The notes below the pieces were generated by a model. The model searched no databases and had not been told where the DNA came from. It saw only the letters and a list, made by a program, of their open reading frames with translations. A stretch of 64,000 nucleotides of DNA from an uncultured bacterium (GTDB lineage Bacteria > Eisenbacteria > RBG-16-71-46 > CAIMUX01 > WJJG01). The stretch covers positions 289 to 64,288 of the forward strand of contig CAZDKK010000001.1 in NCBI GenBank assembly GCA_964506245.1. Direction: 5' to 3'. The translations under genes were made by a program, and so were the position numbers. Below are positions 53,476 to 63,638 of the stretch, in pieces; positions within the stretch are counted from its first letter, which is position 1; the number at the start of each line of letters is the position of its first letter.

Positions 53476-53507
53476 CCCGGTGGCGACCCAACACGCGGAG
53501 TAGCGGG

Positions 53508-55064
53508 ATGCCCAAGCGCTTTCGGCTGTTCCTGCATGGCCTGGCCACCAACTGGGTGGGGACGATCGGGGTCGTCCTGACGACCAGCGCCTTCCTCTTG
53601 TTCCTCTTCATGGAAGCGCTGCAGCTCCTGGGGATCGTGACCAACGCCTACGTCGGGCTGGTCAGCTACATGGTCCTGCCGGCCCTCTTCATCCTCGGCC
53701 TGGTGCTGATCCCGATCGGCTGGCGCCTGTACTGCCGGACCTCGGGCCGCCCGACACGGGAGCTCCTCTCGGAGCGCTTCACGCCGGAGATGGTGGCACC
53801 CACCCGGATCTACGGCTCAAGCCTGTTCGGTCTGATCGCACTGCTGACGCTCACCAATCTGCTCTTCCTGGGCGCGGGCGGGGCGCGGATGCTCCACTTC
53901 ATGGACCAGCCGAAGTTCTGCGGCACAGCCTGCCACAAGGTCATGCACCCCGAGTGGGAGTCCTATCAGCGCTCTCCCCACGCGCGCGTCCGCTGCGTCG
54001 ATTGCCATGTGGGCGAAGGCACGCAGGCCCTGATCGACGCGAAGCTCAATGGCCTGTGGCAGATCATCAGCGCCACGCTCCATCTCTACGAGAAGCCCAT
54101 TCCGACCCCCGTGCGCAACCTCCGGCCAGCGCGCGAGACGTGCGAGCATTGCCACTGGCCGGAGAAGTTCTACGGCGAGCGCATGAAAGTCTTCACGCAT
54201 CACGCCCTGGACGAGGCCTCGACCCCTCGCTACACGACCCTGGCGCTGCGCGTGGGCTCGGGTGCGGGCGATGAACGCGGGACCATCCACTGGCACATCG
54301 CCCCCCAGAACGAGGTGCGCTATCAGCCGGCGACGGAGGATCGCAGCGAGATGGCCTGGGTGGAGATGCGCACGGCTGGGGGCGAAGTGCGCCGCTTCAC
54401 CCACCGGCCTCGCCTCGACGCCTCTGCGGTGGCAGGCGGACCGGGGGCGGAGAACGATGCTCCCACCGGACACGCGCTCGCCCCACGGACCGTCGACTGC
54501 ATCGACTGCCACAATCGGGCGACCCACATCTACGAAGACCCCGAGGCGGCGATCGACGAACGGATGGCCGCCGGCCGGCTGGATCGCGCCGTCCCCTACC
54601 TGAAACGCGCGGCGCTGGGTGCGCTTCTGGGCAGCTACGCCTCGAAGGAAGCAGGGCTGCTCGGGATCCGCAAGGAGATCCAGGAGACGTACGCGCGTGA
54701 GCTGCGGCGCGAGGCGGCCGGCCGCCAGGTCGAACTGGATCAGGCCGTGGCGACACTCCAGGAGATCTACCAGCGCAACATCCATCCGCGGATGAGAGTG
54801 TTCTGGAACGTCTATCCCGATCACCGCGGCCACCGCGCCGGCGGGGGATGCTTCCGGTGTCACAACGCGGAGATGGTGGACAGCCAGGGCGAGGCCGTAG
54901 CCCACGACTGCGCGCTGTGCCACTCGATCCTGGCCTACGAGAGCCCCGAGCCCTTCCAGTTCCTGTTGCCGGTGGGGGAGGAGGAACCCGAGCGGAGGAT
55001 GCACCTCTACCTGCAAGAGGAGTTCCTGGGCGCTCGTCTTCGCGAAAACCCGGTGAGCCGATAG
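53508..55064 (+). CDS. Membrane-anchored multiheme (6 x CxxCH) cytochrome c, NapC/NrfH-like quinol dehydrogenase partner
   Basis: Four N-terminal TM helices, then CGTACH, CVDCH, CEHCH, CIDCH, CFRCH, CALCH. It lies immediately downstream of the octaheme gene. Confidence 0.75.
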   Translation: MPKRFRLFLHGLATNWVGTIGVVLTTSAFLLFLFMEALQLLGIVTNAYVGLVSYMVLPALFILGLVLIPIGWRLYCRTSGRPTRELLSERFTPEMVAPTRIYGSSLFGLIALLTLTNLLFLGAGGARMLHFMDQPKFCGTACHKVMHPEWESYQRSPHARVRCVDCHVGEGTQALIDAKLNGLWQIISATLHLYEKPIPTPVRNLRPARETCEHCHWPEKFYGERMKVFTHHALDEASTPRYTTLALRVGSGAGDERGTIHWHIAPQNEVRYQPATEDRSEMAWVEMRTAGGEVRRFTHRPRLDASAVAGGPGAENDAPTGHALAPRTVDCIDCHNRATHIYEDPEAAIDERMAAGRLDRAVPYLKRAALGALLGSYASKEAGLLGIRKEIQETYARELRREAAGRQVELDQAVATLQEIYQRNIHPRMRVFWNVYPDHRGHRAGGGCFRCHNAEMVDSQGEAVAHDCALCHSILAYESPEPFQFLLPVGEEEPERRMHLYLQEEFLGARLRENPVSR

Positions 55065-55146
55065 CGAATCTCCAGGTGAGCTCGATCCTGACCCCCGATG
55101 GGCTTCGAGACGGGCGGGGAGAACGTTTCCCGCTGCGGGAGGTGCC

Positions 55147-55947
55147 ATGGACCGTTCTGGTGGCTACGAGGAGCCCCTGGTCGCCGAGTTCTACGATCAT
55201 ATCGTGCCCTACAACGAGCGCGACGATGTGGCCCGCTTCGTCGAGTGGGCCCGCGCGTCGAGCGGGCCGGTGCTCGAGCTGGGATGTGGCACGGGGAGGG
55301 TGCTGATCCCCACCGCGCGCGCGGGGGTCGAGATCGTGGGTCTCGATCTCTCGGCGCGGATGCTTGCGGTGTGCCGCGCGAGACGGGCAGCTGAGCCCCC
55401 GGAAGTTCGGAGGCGCGTCGAACTGGTGGAAGGTGACATGACCGCGTTTGCCCTCGGCCGGCGCTTCGGGTTGATCACCATCCCTTTCCGCCCCTTCCAG
55501 CACATCCTCACGGTCGGGGGCCAGCTCGCGTGCCTCGCCTGCGTGCGCGACCACCTCGCCGACGACGGCCTCTTCGTGCTCGACCTGTTCAACCCCTCGC
55601 TGCCCATGTTGACGAAGGAGGGCCTCGACCAGGAGTTCGGTGATGAACCCGAATTCACGATGCCGGACGGACGCCGCGTGCAGCGGCGCATGCGCATGGG
55701 GGGGCGCGATCTCTTCGAGCAGATCAACGACGTCGAGCTGATCTACTACGTCACGCATCCCGACGGGCGCCGGGAGCGGATCGTCCACGCGTTCCGGATG
55801 CGCTACCTGTTCCGCTTCGAGGTCGAGCACCTTCTAGCACGAGCAGGATTCTTGGTGGAACGCATCGACGCGGATTACCGGGGAAATCCCTACGGAACGA
55901 AGTACCCGGGCGAGCTGGTCGTGCAGGCGCGCAAGCTTGGAGCATGA
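55147..55947 (+). CDS. Class I SAM-dependent methyltransferase
   Basis: Motif I VLELGCGTGR. Acidic residue at the motif II position (VGLDLS). Length 266 aa. Confidence 0.8.
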   Translation: MDRSGGYEEPLVAEFYDHIVPYNERDDVARFVEWARASSGPVLELGCGTGRVLIPTARAGVEIVGLDLSARMLAVCRARRAAEPPEVRRRVELVEGDMTAFALGRRFGLITIPFRPFQHILTVGGQLACLACVRDHLADDGLFVLDLFNPSLPMLTKEGLDQEFGDEPEFTMPDGRRVQRRMRMGGRDLFEQINDVELIYYVTHPDGRRERIVHAFRMRYLFRFEVEHLLARAGFLVERIDADYRGNPYGTKYPGELVVQARKLGA

Positions 55948-56007
55948 GGCAGTGGGCATGAGACGAGGCCACGCGGGCTCGCCCGCCGCCCGCAGGAGCC
56001 GGCACGC

Positions 56008-57249
56008 CTAGGGCTCATCCTGCTCCGGGCTGCCCCGCGGCCGCAGCGAGCTGTCATCGTCGTCGCGCCGCTCGTCCCGGATCCGGAGCAGTTTCGCGGG
56101 CAGGACCTTGCCGCGCCCGAAGCGGTCCTCGATGCGGTCAATCGTCTCGGCCAGCCGGCGGCGCTTCTCCTGACTCTGAGGGGCAGCGAAGAGATCGAGC
56201 ATCTCGCTGCCCTCTGGGGCGATTCCGCTCACCGCCACACCGATCAGGCGCACGGGCTGGCCATTCCAATGCTCGTGGAAGAGGTGCCGGGCGACCTCGT
56301 AGATGCGATTCGCGTCGCAGGTCGCGGTGCCGAGGGTCGTGCGGCGCGTGAGCGTGCGGAAATCGTGGTAGCGCAGCTTCAGTTGTACGATCTGGCCAGC
56401 CACCTCGTCCGCTCGCAAGCGGCGCGAAACGCGGAAGGCCTCGTCCAGCATGACGCTCTCGAGCAGCTCGGTGTCCGTCTGGTCGCGCCCGAAGGTCTGC
56501 TCGTGGCTGTAGGACTTTGCCTCCCAGACGGGGATGACCTCGCGGTCGTCACGACCAGAGGCCAGCTCGTGCAGGTGCTCACCGTGCTGGCCGAAGCGCG
56601 CGATCAGGGCGTGACGGTCCATGTCGGCCAGATTACCGATCGTGCGGATCCCCAGCGCCTCGAGCGACTCCCGCGTGCGCGGGCCGACGCCCCACAGCCG
56701 GCCGATCGGGAGCGGTCGCAGTGTCTCCAGGACCTTGTCCGGCTCGACCACCACCAGACCATCGGGCTTCTCGAGATCCGAGGCGATCTTGGCCACGAAC
56801 TTTACTGGTGCGATGCCGACCGACGCGGTCAAGCGGGTCTTGGCGCGGATGGTGTCCTTGATCTTGCGGCCGATCTCGCGTGGTTCGCCCAGGACGCGCT
56901 GCGTGCCCGTGAGATCGAGGAACGCCTCGTCCAGCGAGAGCGGCTCGATCTTGGGTGAGAAGCTGCGGAAGACCTCCATGATCTGGTCGGAGACGTCGCC
57001 GTACTTGCGGAAGTTGACCGGCAGGCGCACGAGATGCGGGCAACGCCGCTGGGCCTCGGCCATCGGCATGGCGGAGTGGATGCCGTACTTGCGCGCCTCG
57101 TAGGAGGCGGCACTCACGACGCCTCGCCCGCTGGCCGAGCCGCCCACCACCACGGGCTGGCCCTCGAGCGACGGGTCATCGCGGATCTCGACCGACGCGT
57201 AGAACGCGTCCATGTCGACGTGGGCGAAGATGCGCTCCCACTGCGCCAC
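56008..57249 (-). CDS. dinB: DNA polymerase IV (Y-family, DinB)
   Basis: Catalytic motif IFAHVDMDAFYASVE, PVVVGG, little-finger domain. GTG start at 57249 assumed; the ORF-track ATG at 57285 is the alternative. Confidence 0.85.
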   Translation of the reverse strand: MAQWERIFAHVDMDAFYASVEIRDDPSLEGQPVVVGGSASGRGVVSAASYEARKYGIHSAMPMAEAQRRCPHLVRLPVNFRKYGDVSDQIMEVFRSFSPKIEPLSLDEAFLDLTGTQRVLGEPREIGRKIKDTIRAKTRLTASVGIAPVKFVAKIASDLEKPDGLVVVEPDKVLETLRPLPIGRLWGVGPRTRESLEALGIRTIGNLADMDRHALIARFGQHGEHLHELASGRDDREVIPVWEAKSYSHEQTFGRDQTDTELLESVMLDEAFRVSRRLRADEVAGQIVQLKLRYHDFRTLTRRTTLGTATCDANRIYEVARHLFHEHWNGQPVRLIGVAVSGIAPEGSEMLDLFAAPQSQEKRRRLAETIDRIEDRFGRGKVLPAKLLRIRDERRDDDDSSLRPRGSPEQDEP

Positions 57250-57473
57250 GGTGGCTCCTCGGCGGGGGACCCGGTGAGCAGGCACGGCGTGCCCCTCGTC
57301 CCGTGCAGGCAGCTCGCGGATCCCTCAGGACGCTGCAGCGTTCCCTTGTCCCGGCGAGGCACCATTTTAGCCGGAATCGCCCGGTGGGGCACGCCCTCTC
57401 CGGCGGCCCGCGGCACGGCACGCAGGTGCTGTCCCGCCCACCCGCCAGGGGTTCGTGACCCCTCGGGTCACGA

Positions 57474-59297
57474 TCAGAGCTTGAACTGCGCCACCGCGTC
57501 CCTCAATGCCGTGGCCGTCTGCTGCAGCACCTCGGTCCGCGCACTCGCCCGTGAGGCCTCGGTCACCGCCTCGCGCGCCGCGTCGCTCACTTCGTGGATG
57601 TTCTTCGTCACGTTGCCCACGCCAAGGGAGATCTGCTGGACGTTTGCAGCGATATCGACGGCCGCGCTCGACACGCTCCCCACGCTCGCGGCGATTTCGT
57701 TGGTGGTGACGGACTGCTCCTCGACCGCCGTGGCGATGGCCTGGGTGATCTGTCGCACGTCACGGATGATCCCCGCAATCTCCTGAATCGCGTTGACCGC
57801 TTCGCCGGCATTGGTCTGCATCTCGGTGATCTCTCGGCCGATCTCCTCGGTCGCCACCGCCGTCTCCCGCGCCAGGGCCTTGACCTCGCTGGCCACGACC
57901 GCGAAGCCCTTGCCCGCCTCACCGGCCGAGGCCGCCTCGATCGTCGCGTTCAGGGCGAGCAGATTGGTCTGGTCCGCGATCTGATCGATCGTGTCGAGGA
58001 TCTTCCCGATCTGCTGGGACGAGGAGCTGAGCCGCTCCATCGCTTCCCCGGTCGACTGCGCCTTGCCATCGGCCCGGGCTGCAACCTCGGCGGCTTGCAC
58101 GCAGTTGTGCGCGACCTCGCCCAGGGAGCTGCTCATCTCCTCGATGGCGGTTGCCACGCTGCGCACGGCCGTGGACGTCTCCTCCGCGCCGGCCGACACG
58201 TGGATGACGCTGGAGGAGATCTGTTCAGCCGCGGCCGCCACGCCGCTGGCTTGCTCGAGCATCTTGCCCGCGTTGGTTGCCAGCCCGCTGGCCCGACCCG
58301 ACACTTCATCTGCCGACTCGCCTACTGTGCGGCTGTGGTCCCGCAGCTCGGTGATCATCGCGTGCAGCCGCTGCAGGAACCCATTGCAGTTCCCGGCCAG
58401 TTGTCCGACCTCGTCGTTCCCGCCGGCCGGCAGCCGGGCAGTCAGATCATTCCCCTTGGTGATCTCCGACAGCATCTCCGTCGCCACGCGCACCGGGCGG
58501 ACAACACACCGCGTGGCAATGCCGACCACGAGCAGGACAAGCATCGTCGTCCCCACCATGATGGCCAAGATCGTGCCGATGAGCGTGCGCGCGGCCCCGC
58601 GCTCCTCCGCCGCGAGCAGCTCGACCTCGGCATCCACGAAGTCCACGTATTCGCCCGTGCCGATGACCCAGCTGCGCGCTGGGTAGAGCTTCACAACGGA
58701 GATCTTCGGGTATCCTTCCTCGGTCACACCGCCGTCGGACTTTGGCTTCGGCCAGTAGTAGCTCACCACGCCGTCGCCCTTCTCCACGCACACCTCGTTC
58801 ATGCGCACGAAGAGGTTGGTCTCGGGGATGTGAGCCACTTGCGGATCGCTGCGATCGAAGATGCGGCCGCGATATTGGATCTTCTGGAATCGCTCCCTGT
58901 CCCGGAAGTCCGAGACCTCGGTTCCGTTCAGATTCGGCATGGTCGGATGCATGACCATGACCGGCCGCTCCGGGTGCTCTCGGTCCAGCTGGTGAATCCA
59001 GATGTAGGAGGCATTCGTGGTGAGCGCGGCCACACGTTCGAGACATTCCTCCGTCGTCAGACGGTTGCGGTCACAGACACGCACCGTGGCGATCGCTTGA
59101 TCGACCAGCGCACTCAGACGATCCTTGACGGCTGCGATCTGCTGCTCACGGATCCGCTCCAGGCGACCTGCCGTCTGGCGGGCATTGAGCATCGAGATGC
59201 CCAGCGTGGTGGCCGCCATGCTGAACAACAGCGGGATGGTGACCGCGTAGAGAAGTCGGGTAGCGATGGAGTGCTGAACCTGGCGGGAACCGAACAT
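57474..59297 (-). CDS. Methyl-accepting chemotaxis protein with a periplasmic Cache-type ligand-binding domain
   Basis: ATG at 59297 with a GGAGG RBS. TM1, a periplasmic domain of about 250 aa, TM2, HAMP, and the MA signalling domain with methylation heptads ([14 protein letters not shown]..., highly conserved tip region [17 protein letters not shown]... [33 protein letters not shown]). Confidence 0.85.
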   Translation of the reverse strand: MFGSRQVQHSIATRLLYAVTIPLLFSMAATTLGISMLNARQTAGRLERIREQQIAAVKDRLSALVDQAIATVRVCDRNRLTTEECLERVAALTTNASYIWIHQLDREHPERPVMVMHPTMPNLNGTEVSDFRDRERFQKIQYRGRIFDRSDPQVAHIPETNLFVRMNEVCVEKGDGVVSYYWPKPKSDGGVTEEGYPKISVVKLYPARSWVIGTGEYVDFVDAEVELLAAEERGAARTLIGTILAIMVGTTMLVLLVVGIATRCVVRPVRVATEMLSEITKGNDLTARLPAGGNDEVGQLAGNCNGFLQRLHAMITELRDHSRTVGESADEVSGRASGLATNAGKMLEQASGVAAAAEQISSSVIHVSAGAEETSTAVRSVATAIEEMSSSLGEVAHNCVQAAEVAARADGKAQSTGEAMERLSSSSQQIGKILDTIDQIADQTNLLALNATIEAASAGEAGKGFAVVASEVKALARETAVATEEIGREITEMQTNAGEAVNAIQEIAGIIRDVRQITQAIATAVEEQSVTTNEIAASVGSVSSAAVDIAANVQQISLGVGNVTKNIHEVSDAAREAVTEASRASARTEVLQQTATALRDAVAQFKL

Positions 59298-59719
59298 GAG
59301 AGGACCTCCTTTGGCACAATGCAGACGGGCTGCACACGTCCTCTCCCGGACCGCCGAGGCATGACAGGCACGAATCGCGCGTTCACGGGACGCACTCGGG
59401 CAGGAACCTGCGATCCCTGTAGGAAGCATCGGCTTGGCGTCCATATCCTTGATCAATCACGCGGGAGACGAAAACCGATGGACGGATTCAAGCATATGGA
59501 AACGTGTACAGAACAAGCGCGCGGATGTGTAAAAGTGTTTGCCAGAGATATCGAGATTGGGGTTCGGCAGCAGTGCCATGGAACCCAGTCGGGGCGGGAC
59601 TGGGCCTGTTTTTCAGGTTTGTGTGTAAGCATGTCGCGATGATAGGTGGCTGCTTTCTGCGGTCCGGGAGGGTGCGCCCGCGCGCGCGCGTGCTGTCTGC
59701 GGCTGCGTTGGTTGGGAAA

Positions 59720-59828
59720 CGAGGATTGCTGAGGATTGCACGGTAAATGTTTGCAGAGTAGATGGTTAGCCAATTCGCGTGTCATGCCAACACGCCTGGG
59801 ATGCGAAGTCCCGGAGGGTTCGCAAGGC
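59720..59828. other. Conserved intergenic element, copy B (about 109 nt)
   Basis: See copy A. It lies between the divergent MCP gene and the CBM/T9SS gene. A perfect TGGCAC hexamer sits about 45 nt downstream. Confidence 0.4.
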
Positions 59829-60013
59829 GCCGACGCGGCGGACCGGCGCGTGCCCACCAAGCCCCAGTCGCGTGGCACTCCCGCCGTGGGCGGCCCGGCA
59901 GCCGCAGGGCGAGCCTATTCTCACTCCGGCCCTGCTGCGCTATACTCCGGACAGCCCACCGCGTCAGCTGTGCATCTCGCGTGCACCCCCCCCACCCGAA
60001 GGGGGCTGTCGTC

Positions 60014-60601
60014 ATGAAGCACTGGACTGCGTTCCTCCTGATCCGGTACGGGTGTCTCCTCCTGATCTGGTCTTCTTTCGTCGTATCTGCCGACGCCCTG
60101 GAGCTGGTCGTCAACGGAGGCTTCGAGCAGCCCTGGGGCGCGGGGGACTGGCAGCCGTGCCAGTCGGGGCCGGCATCCGTCCTCGAACGCGCCACCGACC
60201 TGGACCCCGACCCCGACTTCGAGGCCCGGCTCTCGTGCGGCACGGGCACCGGCTACACCCGGCTCGACCAGACCGTGCACATCCCGGGGCCAGCGACTCA
60301 GCTCACCTTCCGCGCGCGCATGTCCGTCGACGCGACCTCGAGCGCCTGGGCGGCCGCGGGACTGGTGATCGCCTACCTCGACCAGCGCGGTTTCACGCAG
60401 GCTGAGACACGCGTGTACACCGCCACCCGCTACTGCCCCTGGGTGGACAGCCCGACCCTGCACCTGCTCCCCATCGGCGGCGAGGTGTGGCAGAGCTATG
60501 TCATCGACATCGCCGAGGACCTCACGCACTTCCCTGGCATGGATCCGGAAGCGGTCCAACAGGTTCGGATCTCTCTCCTGGCCCAGACATACAACTGCTG
60601 A
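60014..60601 (+). CDS. Secreted CBM-like (CBM_4_9-type, VVNGGFEQ) domain protein; N-terminal part of a gene interrupted by an in-frame TGA
   Basis: ATG at 60014 with an RBS. Signal peptide MKHWTAFLLIRYGCLLLIWSSFVVSADA. A TGA at 60599..60601 is followed in the same frame by ORF 60638..61948. Confidence 0.6.
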   Translation: MKHWTAFLLIRYGCLLLIWSSFVVSADALELVVNGGFEQPWGAGDWQPCQSGPASVLERATDLDPDPDFEARLSCGTGTGYTRLDQTVHIPGPATQLTFRARMSVDATSSAWAAAGLVIAYLDQRGFTQAETRVYTATRYCPWVDSPTLHLLPIGGEVWQSYVIDIAEDLTHFPGMDPEAVQQVRISLLAQTYNC

Positions 60602-60637
60602 GGTGGCGCGGAGGCGGCGGAGGTCTCCGCCGATGAT

Positions 60638-61948
60638 GTGTCGCTCACTTGCGCGTTTCCGGTGCCGGTCCTCAGGGTGATCGACCTCGTCGTGCTGGAC
60701 ACCCCGGGCAACGGCTACCTCGACCCCGGGGAATCCACGGGGCTGGTGACGGTGCTCAAGAACTTCGGGGCGAGCGCGGTCGGGGTCACGGCTGACCTTG
60801 AGACGGGGGATCCCTATGTCAGCGTCACGCAGGCGAGCGGTTTCTTTGGTGACATGGCCGAGGGCGCGGTGCTGGACAGCATGGCCCAGCCCTTCAGATT
60901 GAGCGCGTCGGCTGGCACACCCGAGGGACACGCCGCCGTTCTGGAGCTGACCGCTCACTTCGCCGGCGGGATGACGACGTCGGCGTTCACGTTGTGCGTG
61001 GGCGACTTCGATTACCTCGTGTGGGAGCACTCCACGGACGAGTCGAGCGGGCCCGTGTTGCATTGCACCCTCGCCTCGCAGGGGTACAATGGCGACCTGA
61101 CGACGATTCTCCCGCTGCGGGGACTTGAACGCTACCGGGCTTTGTTCGTGTCCTGCGGCATGTACTCGGAGAACTTCGCGATCAACCGTAGCTCCCCCCA
61201 GGCCCTGGCGCTGTTGGACTACCTTGCTGCCGGCGGTGGGCTCTATCTCGAGGGGGGAGATGTCTGGTGCCTGGATTCGCTGGCAACCGGTCATGATTTC
61301 GGCCCCGCCTTCGGGATCGCGAGCTACGACGGCGGCTCGGGCATGCTCCCGCTGATCGGTGTCGACGGTGTGCAAGGTACCTTCACGCAGGGGATGACCT
61401 TTGAGTATGTCGGTCACAACTTCCACGTCGATCAGCTCCAGTCCGTTGGTCCGGCATTCACGCTGCTTTCGGATCCCTATGTTCAGATCGATGTGGGCGT
61501 GGCCCGGAACGATGGGATGGGCGCGAGCGTGGGCACCTCGTTCGAATTCGCGGGTCTGGCGGACGGCGCGCCACCGTCGACCAAGGCAGAGCTGGCGCGG
61601 GCACTGATGGGGTTTCTGACCGCGGGAGGGGCTCAGGACCTCCCTGACGGGGGCGGAGCGGACGGACCGACCGAGCCGGCCGGGCCCGGCGTGCGGCTGT
61701 GCGAGGTCAGGCCGAACCCTTGGGGCGGACAAGCGACGCTGCAGTGTGCGCTACCACGGGCTGGTGGGATTCGGGCGGACCTCTTCGATTCCGCGGGCAG
61801 ATGCGTGGCGAGCGTGGTGAGGAAGCACCTGACAGCGGGGAACCACGCGTTGGAGTTGAGTCGCGGCGGGCTGCCTGCGGGGACGTACTGGATCCGACTG
61901 CAGACTGGCGGTGAGGTGATCGTGGGCAAATGCACGATCGTACGCTGA
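60638..61948 (+). CDS. C-terminal part of the interrupted gene: beta-rich domains ending in a T9SS/Por-type C-terminal sorting domain (no signal peptide of its own)
   Basis: Same frame as 60014..60601. It ends with a CTD (VRLCEVRPNPWGGQATLQCAL...GTYWIRLQTGGEVIVGKCTIVR) resembling that of the M14 carboxypeptidase. It lacks an N-terminal signal peptide, which suggests it is not an independent gene. Confidence 0.55.
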   Translation: MSLTCAFPVPVLRVIDLVVLDTPGNGYLDPGESTGLVTVLKNFGASAVGVTADLETGDPYVSVTQASGFFGDMAEGAVLDSMAQPFRLSASAGTPEGHAAVLELTAHFAGGMTTSAFTLCVGDFDYLVWEHSTDESSGPVLHCTLASQGYNGDLTTILPLRGLERYRALFVSCGMYSENFAINRSSPQALALLDYLAAGGGLYLEGGDVWCLDSLATGHDFGPAFGIASYDGGSGMLPLIGVDGVQGTFTQGMTFEYVGHNFHVDQLQSVGPAFTLLSDPYVQIDVGVARNDGMGASVGTSFEFAGLADGAPPSTKAELARALMGFLTAGGAQDLPDGGGADGPTEPAGPGVRLCEVRPNPWGGQATLQCALPRAGGIRADLFDSAGRCVASVVRKHLTAGNHALELSRGGLPAGTYWIRLQTGGEVIVGKCTIVR

Positions 61949-62474
61949 CGGTCAACGCCCCGCCAGCCTCGCCCGGCGACGGGCGCTGGCGGTTTCGGTG
62001 CGCATGTTGCCGAGGACGACGCGGCAGCGTCCGCGCAGTGCGCGAAAACTCCGCGTCGAATCGCGCAACGAGGCAAAACTCCCGCCTGCGAGCTCGCTTG
62101 CCCCGCCGTGCGCACGACTGCTCAGGACTCCCAGTAGGGCAAACCAGCCTGCCAGCCCACCGGCCTTCCCAACTCGGACAGATGAACTGCGCCAGAGCCA
62201 CGACGCTGACGCCTGTATTCCTGCGACTCCGAGGTACGTCCGCGCTCCTGTTCAAGTCAGCTTCTGACTAGCCATGCCTTGCAGCGTGGTTTGATCACCA
62301 GTAAGGTACCTGATGTCGAATGGAGTCCACTCATGCCCGCCGCGTCCCCGGCGCGAGTGCCATGTGATCGGGAGGTTCGGGTGCGCACACGGGGGGGATG
62401 GCTATCCGTCCTCGCCAGGCACGGTCTCGAACCCATGGTGGCACCTGTAGTCGATCCACAGAAAGGAGAACGTT

Positions 62475-63638
62475 ATGACTCGCTGGGTGCATGTTCTTGC
62501 CTTCCTATGCTTGGGGGCACTTTTCGCCGGGTGTTCGCAGGATGAACTGACCCAGGCTCCCTCCCCGGGACCCACCACATCCCCGGCAGCAATGTCGACA
62601 GGCTTCTTCGAGGGTGAGATCGGGCCGGGATCATACTATGCCCTCTCTTGCCCGGAGCCATGGAATGGCGACCTCGTCATCGTCGCGCACGGGTACTACA
62701 GCCCGATGGAGCTGGCGGATCCGCCGCGGGGCGAGGAGTTCTTCTACAGCACTACCCTCCTGGGATTCCTCGAGCTGGGCTATGGCGTGGCCTACACCAG
62801 CTACCCGGCGAACGGGTGGGCCGTCAAGGAGGGAATGATCGCCCTGCACCAGCTGCGCGGCCTGTTTGCTTCTCGATTCGGATCGCCGGATAGGACCTTC
62901 CTCGCCGGGCTCTCCATGGGAGGCCTCATGGTCGTCGCTCTGGCGGAGAAGTATCCGCACCAATACGCAGGCGTGCTCGCCGAGTCCGGCCCGCTCGGAG
63001 GTGCGGCCATGATCTTCGATCAGATCTTTGGCGTGCGGGCTGTGTTCGATTACTACTATCCAGGAGTCCTTCCCGGCAGCGTGCTCAGAATCCCTCCCGA
63101 CACCCTGCCCACCGACGCTTTCGAGGCGGCTGTCAACGCCATGGTCGCCAATCCGGGTCCTGTGGCAGAGATTGCCTCCGTCGAGCAATTCGACTTCAGA
63201 TACGAAGGCTTCGAAGAACTCCTGATGGTCATCGGGTACAGCGTCTATCTGCAGATTGGCCTCGCGAATGAACTCGGCGATCGGATCGGCGGCTCACCTC
63301 TGGACAATGCCGACACTTGGTACAGCGGCACCACCAACGATGAGGCTCTAAACGCGGGCGTCGCGCGCTTCAGCACTGTCCCCCGCGCGGAGAACTACTT
63401 GACTCACTACTACCTGCCCACCGGCCAGATCCAGACTCCGATTCTCACTCTCTATAACACCCGAGACCCCATCGTGCCGTTCGGGCATGCCGAGGCCTAT
63501 CAGCGGGCGGTCGCTGCGGCCGGACACGCCGACCTGCTGCGGACGAACACTATCGAACGATTCGACCATGTCCTCCTACCGGAGGAGACCCTGGCAGCCT
63601 TCCAGGAACTCGTGATCTGGGTGGACAGCCTGGAGTGA
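62475..63638 (+). CDS. Alpha/beta-hydrolase-fold lipoprotein (putative esterase/lipase)
   Basis: Signal peptide plus lipobox LFAGCS. Nucleophile elbow GLSMGG. AAAGGAG RBS. Confidence 0.75.
   Translation: MTRWVHVLAFLCLGALFAGCSQDELTQAPSPGPTTSPAAMSTGFFEGEIGPGSYYALSCPEPWNGDLVIVAHGYYSPMELADPPRGEEFFYSTTLLGFLELGYGVAYTSYPANGWAVKEGMIALHQLRGLFASRFGSPDRTFLAGLSMGGLMVVALAEKYPHQYAGVLAESGPLGGAAMIFDQIFGVRAVFDYYYPGVLPGSVLRIPPDTLPTDAFEAAVNAMVANPGPVAEIASVEQFDFRYEGFEELLMVIGYSVYLQIGLANELGDRIGGSPLDNADTWYSGTTNDEALNAGVARFSTVPRAENYLTHYYLPTGQIQTPILTLYNTRDPIVPFGHAEAYQRAVAAAGHADLLRTNTIERFDHVLLPEETLAAFQELVIWVDSLE

Noticed and set aside
59873-59890. A perfect TGGCAC hexamer upstream of the CBM/T9SS gene, as a possible sigma54 promoter.
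   Set aside because: The -12 region reads ccgtg with no TTGC/GC at the required 12-nt offset. It is not called as a promoter and is noted only within the copy-B finding.
62380-62470. A tRNA-like GGTTCGAG/'T-loop-like' string on the minus strand (gggttcgagacc).
   Set aside because: No complementary T-stem, acceptor stem or anticodon arm can be folded around it. It is an isolated motif in the 5' leader of the hydrolase gene.
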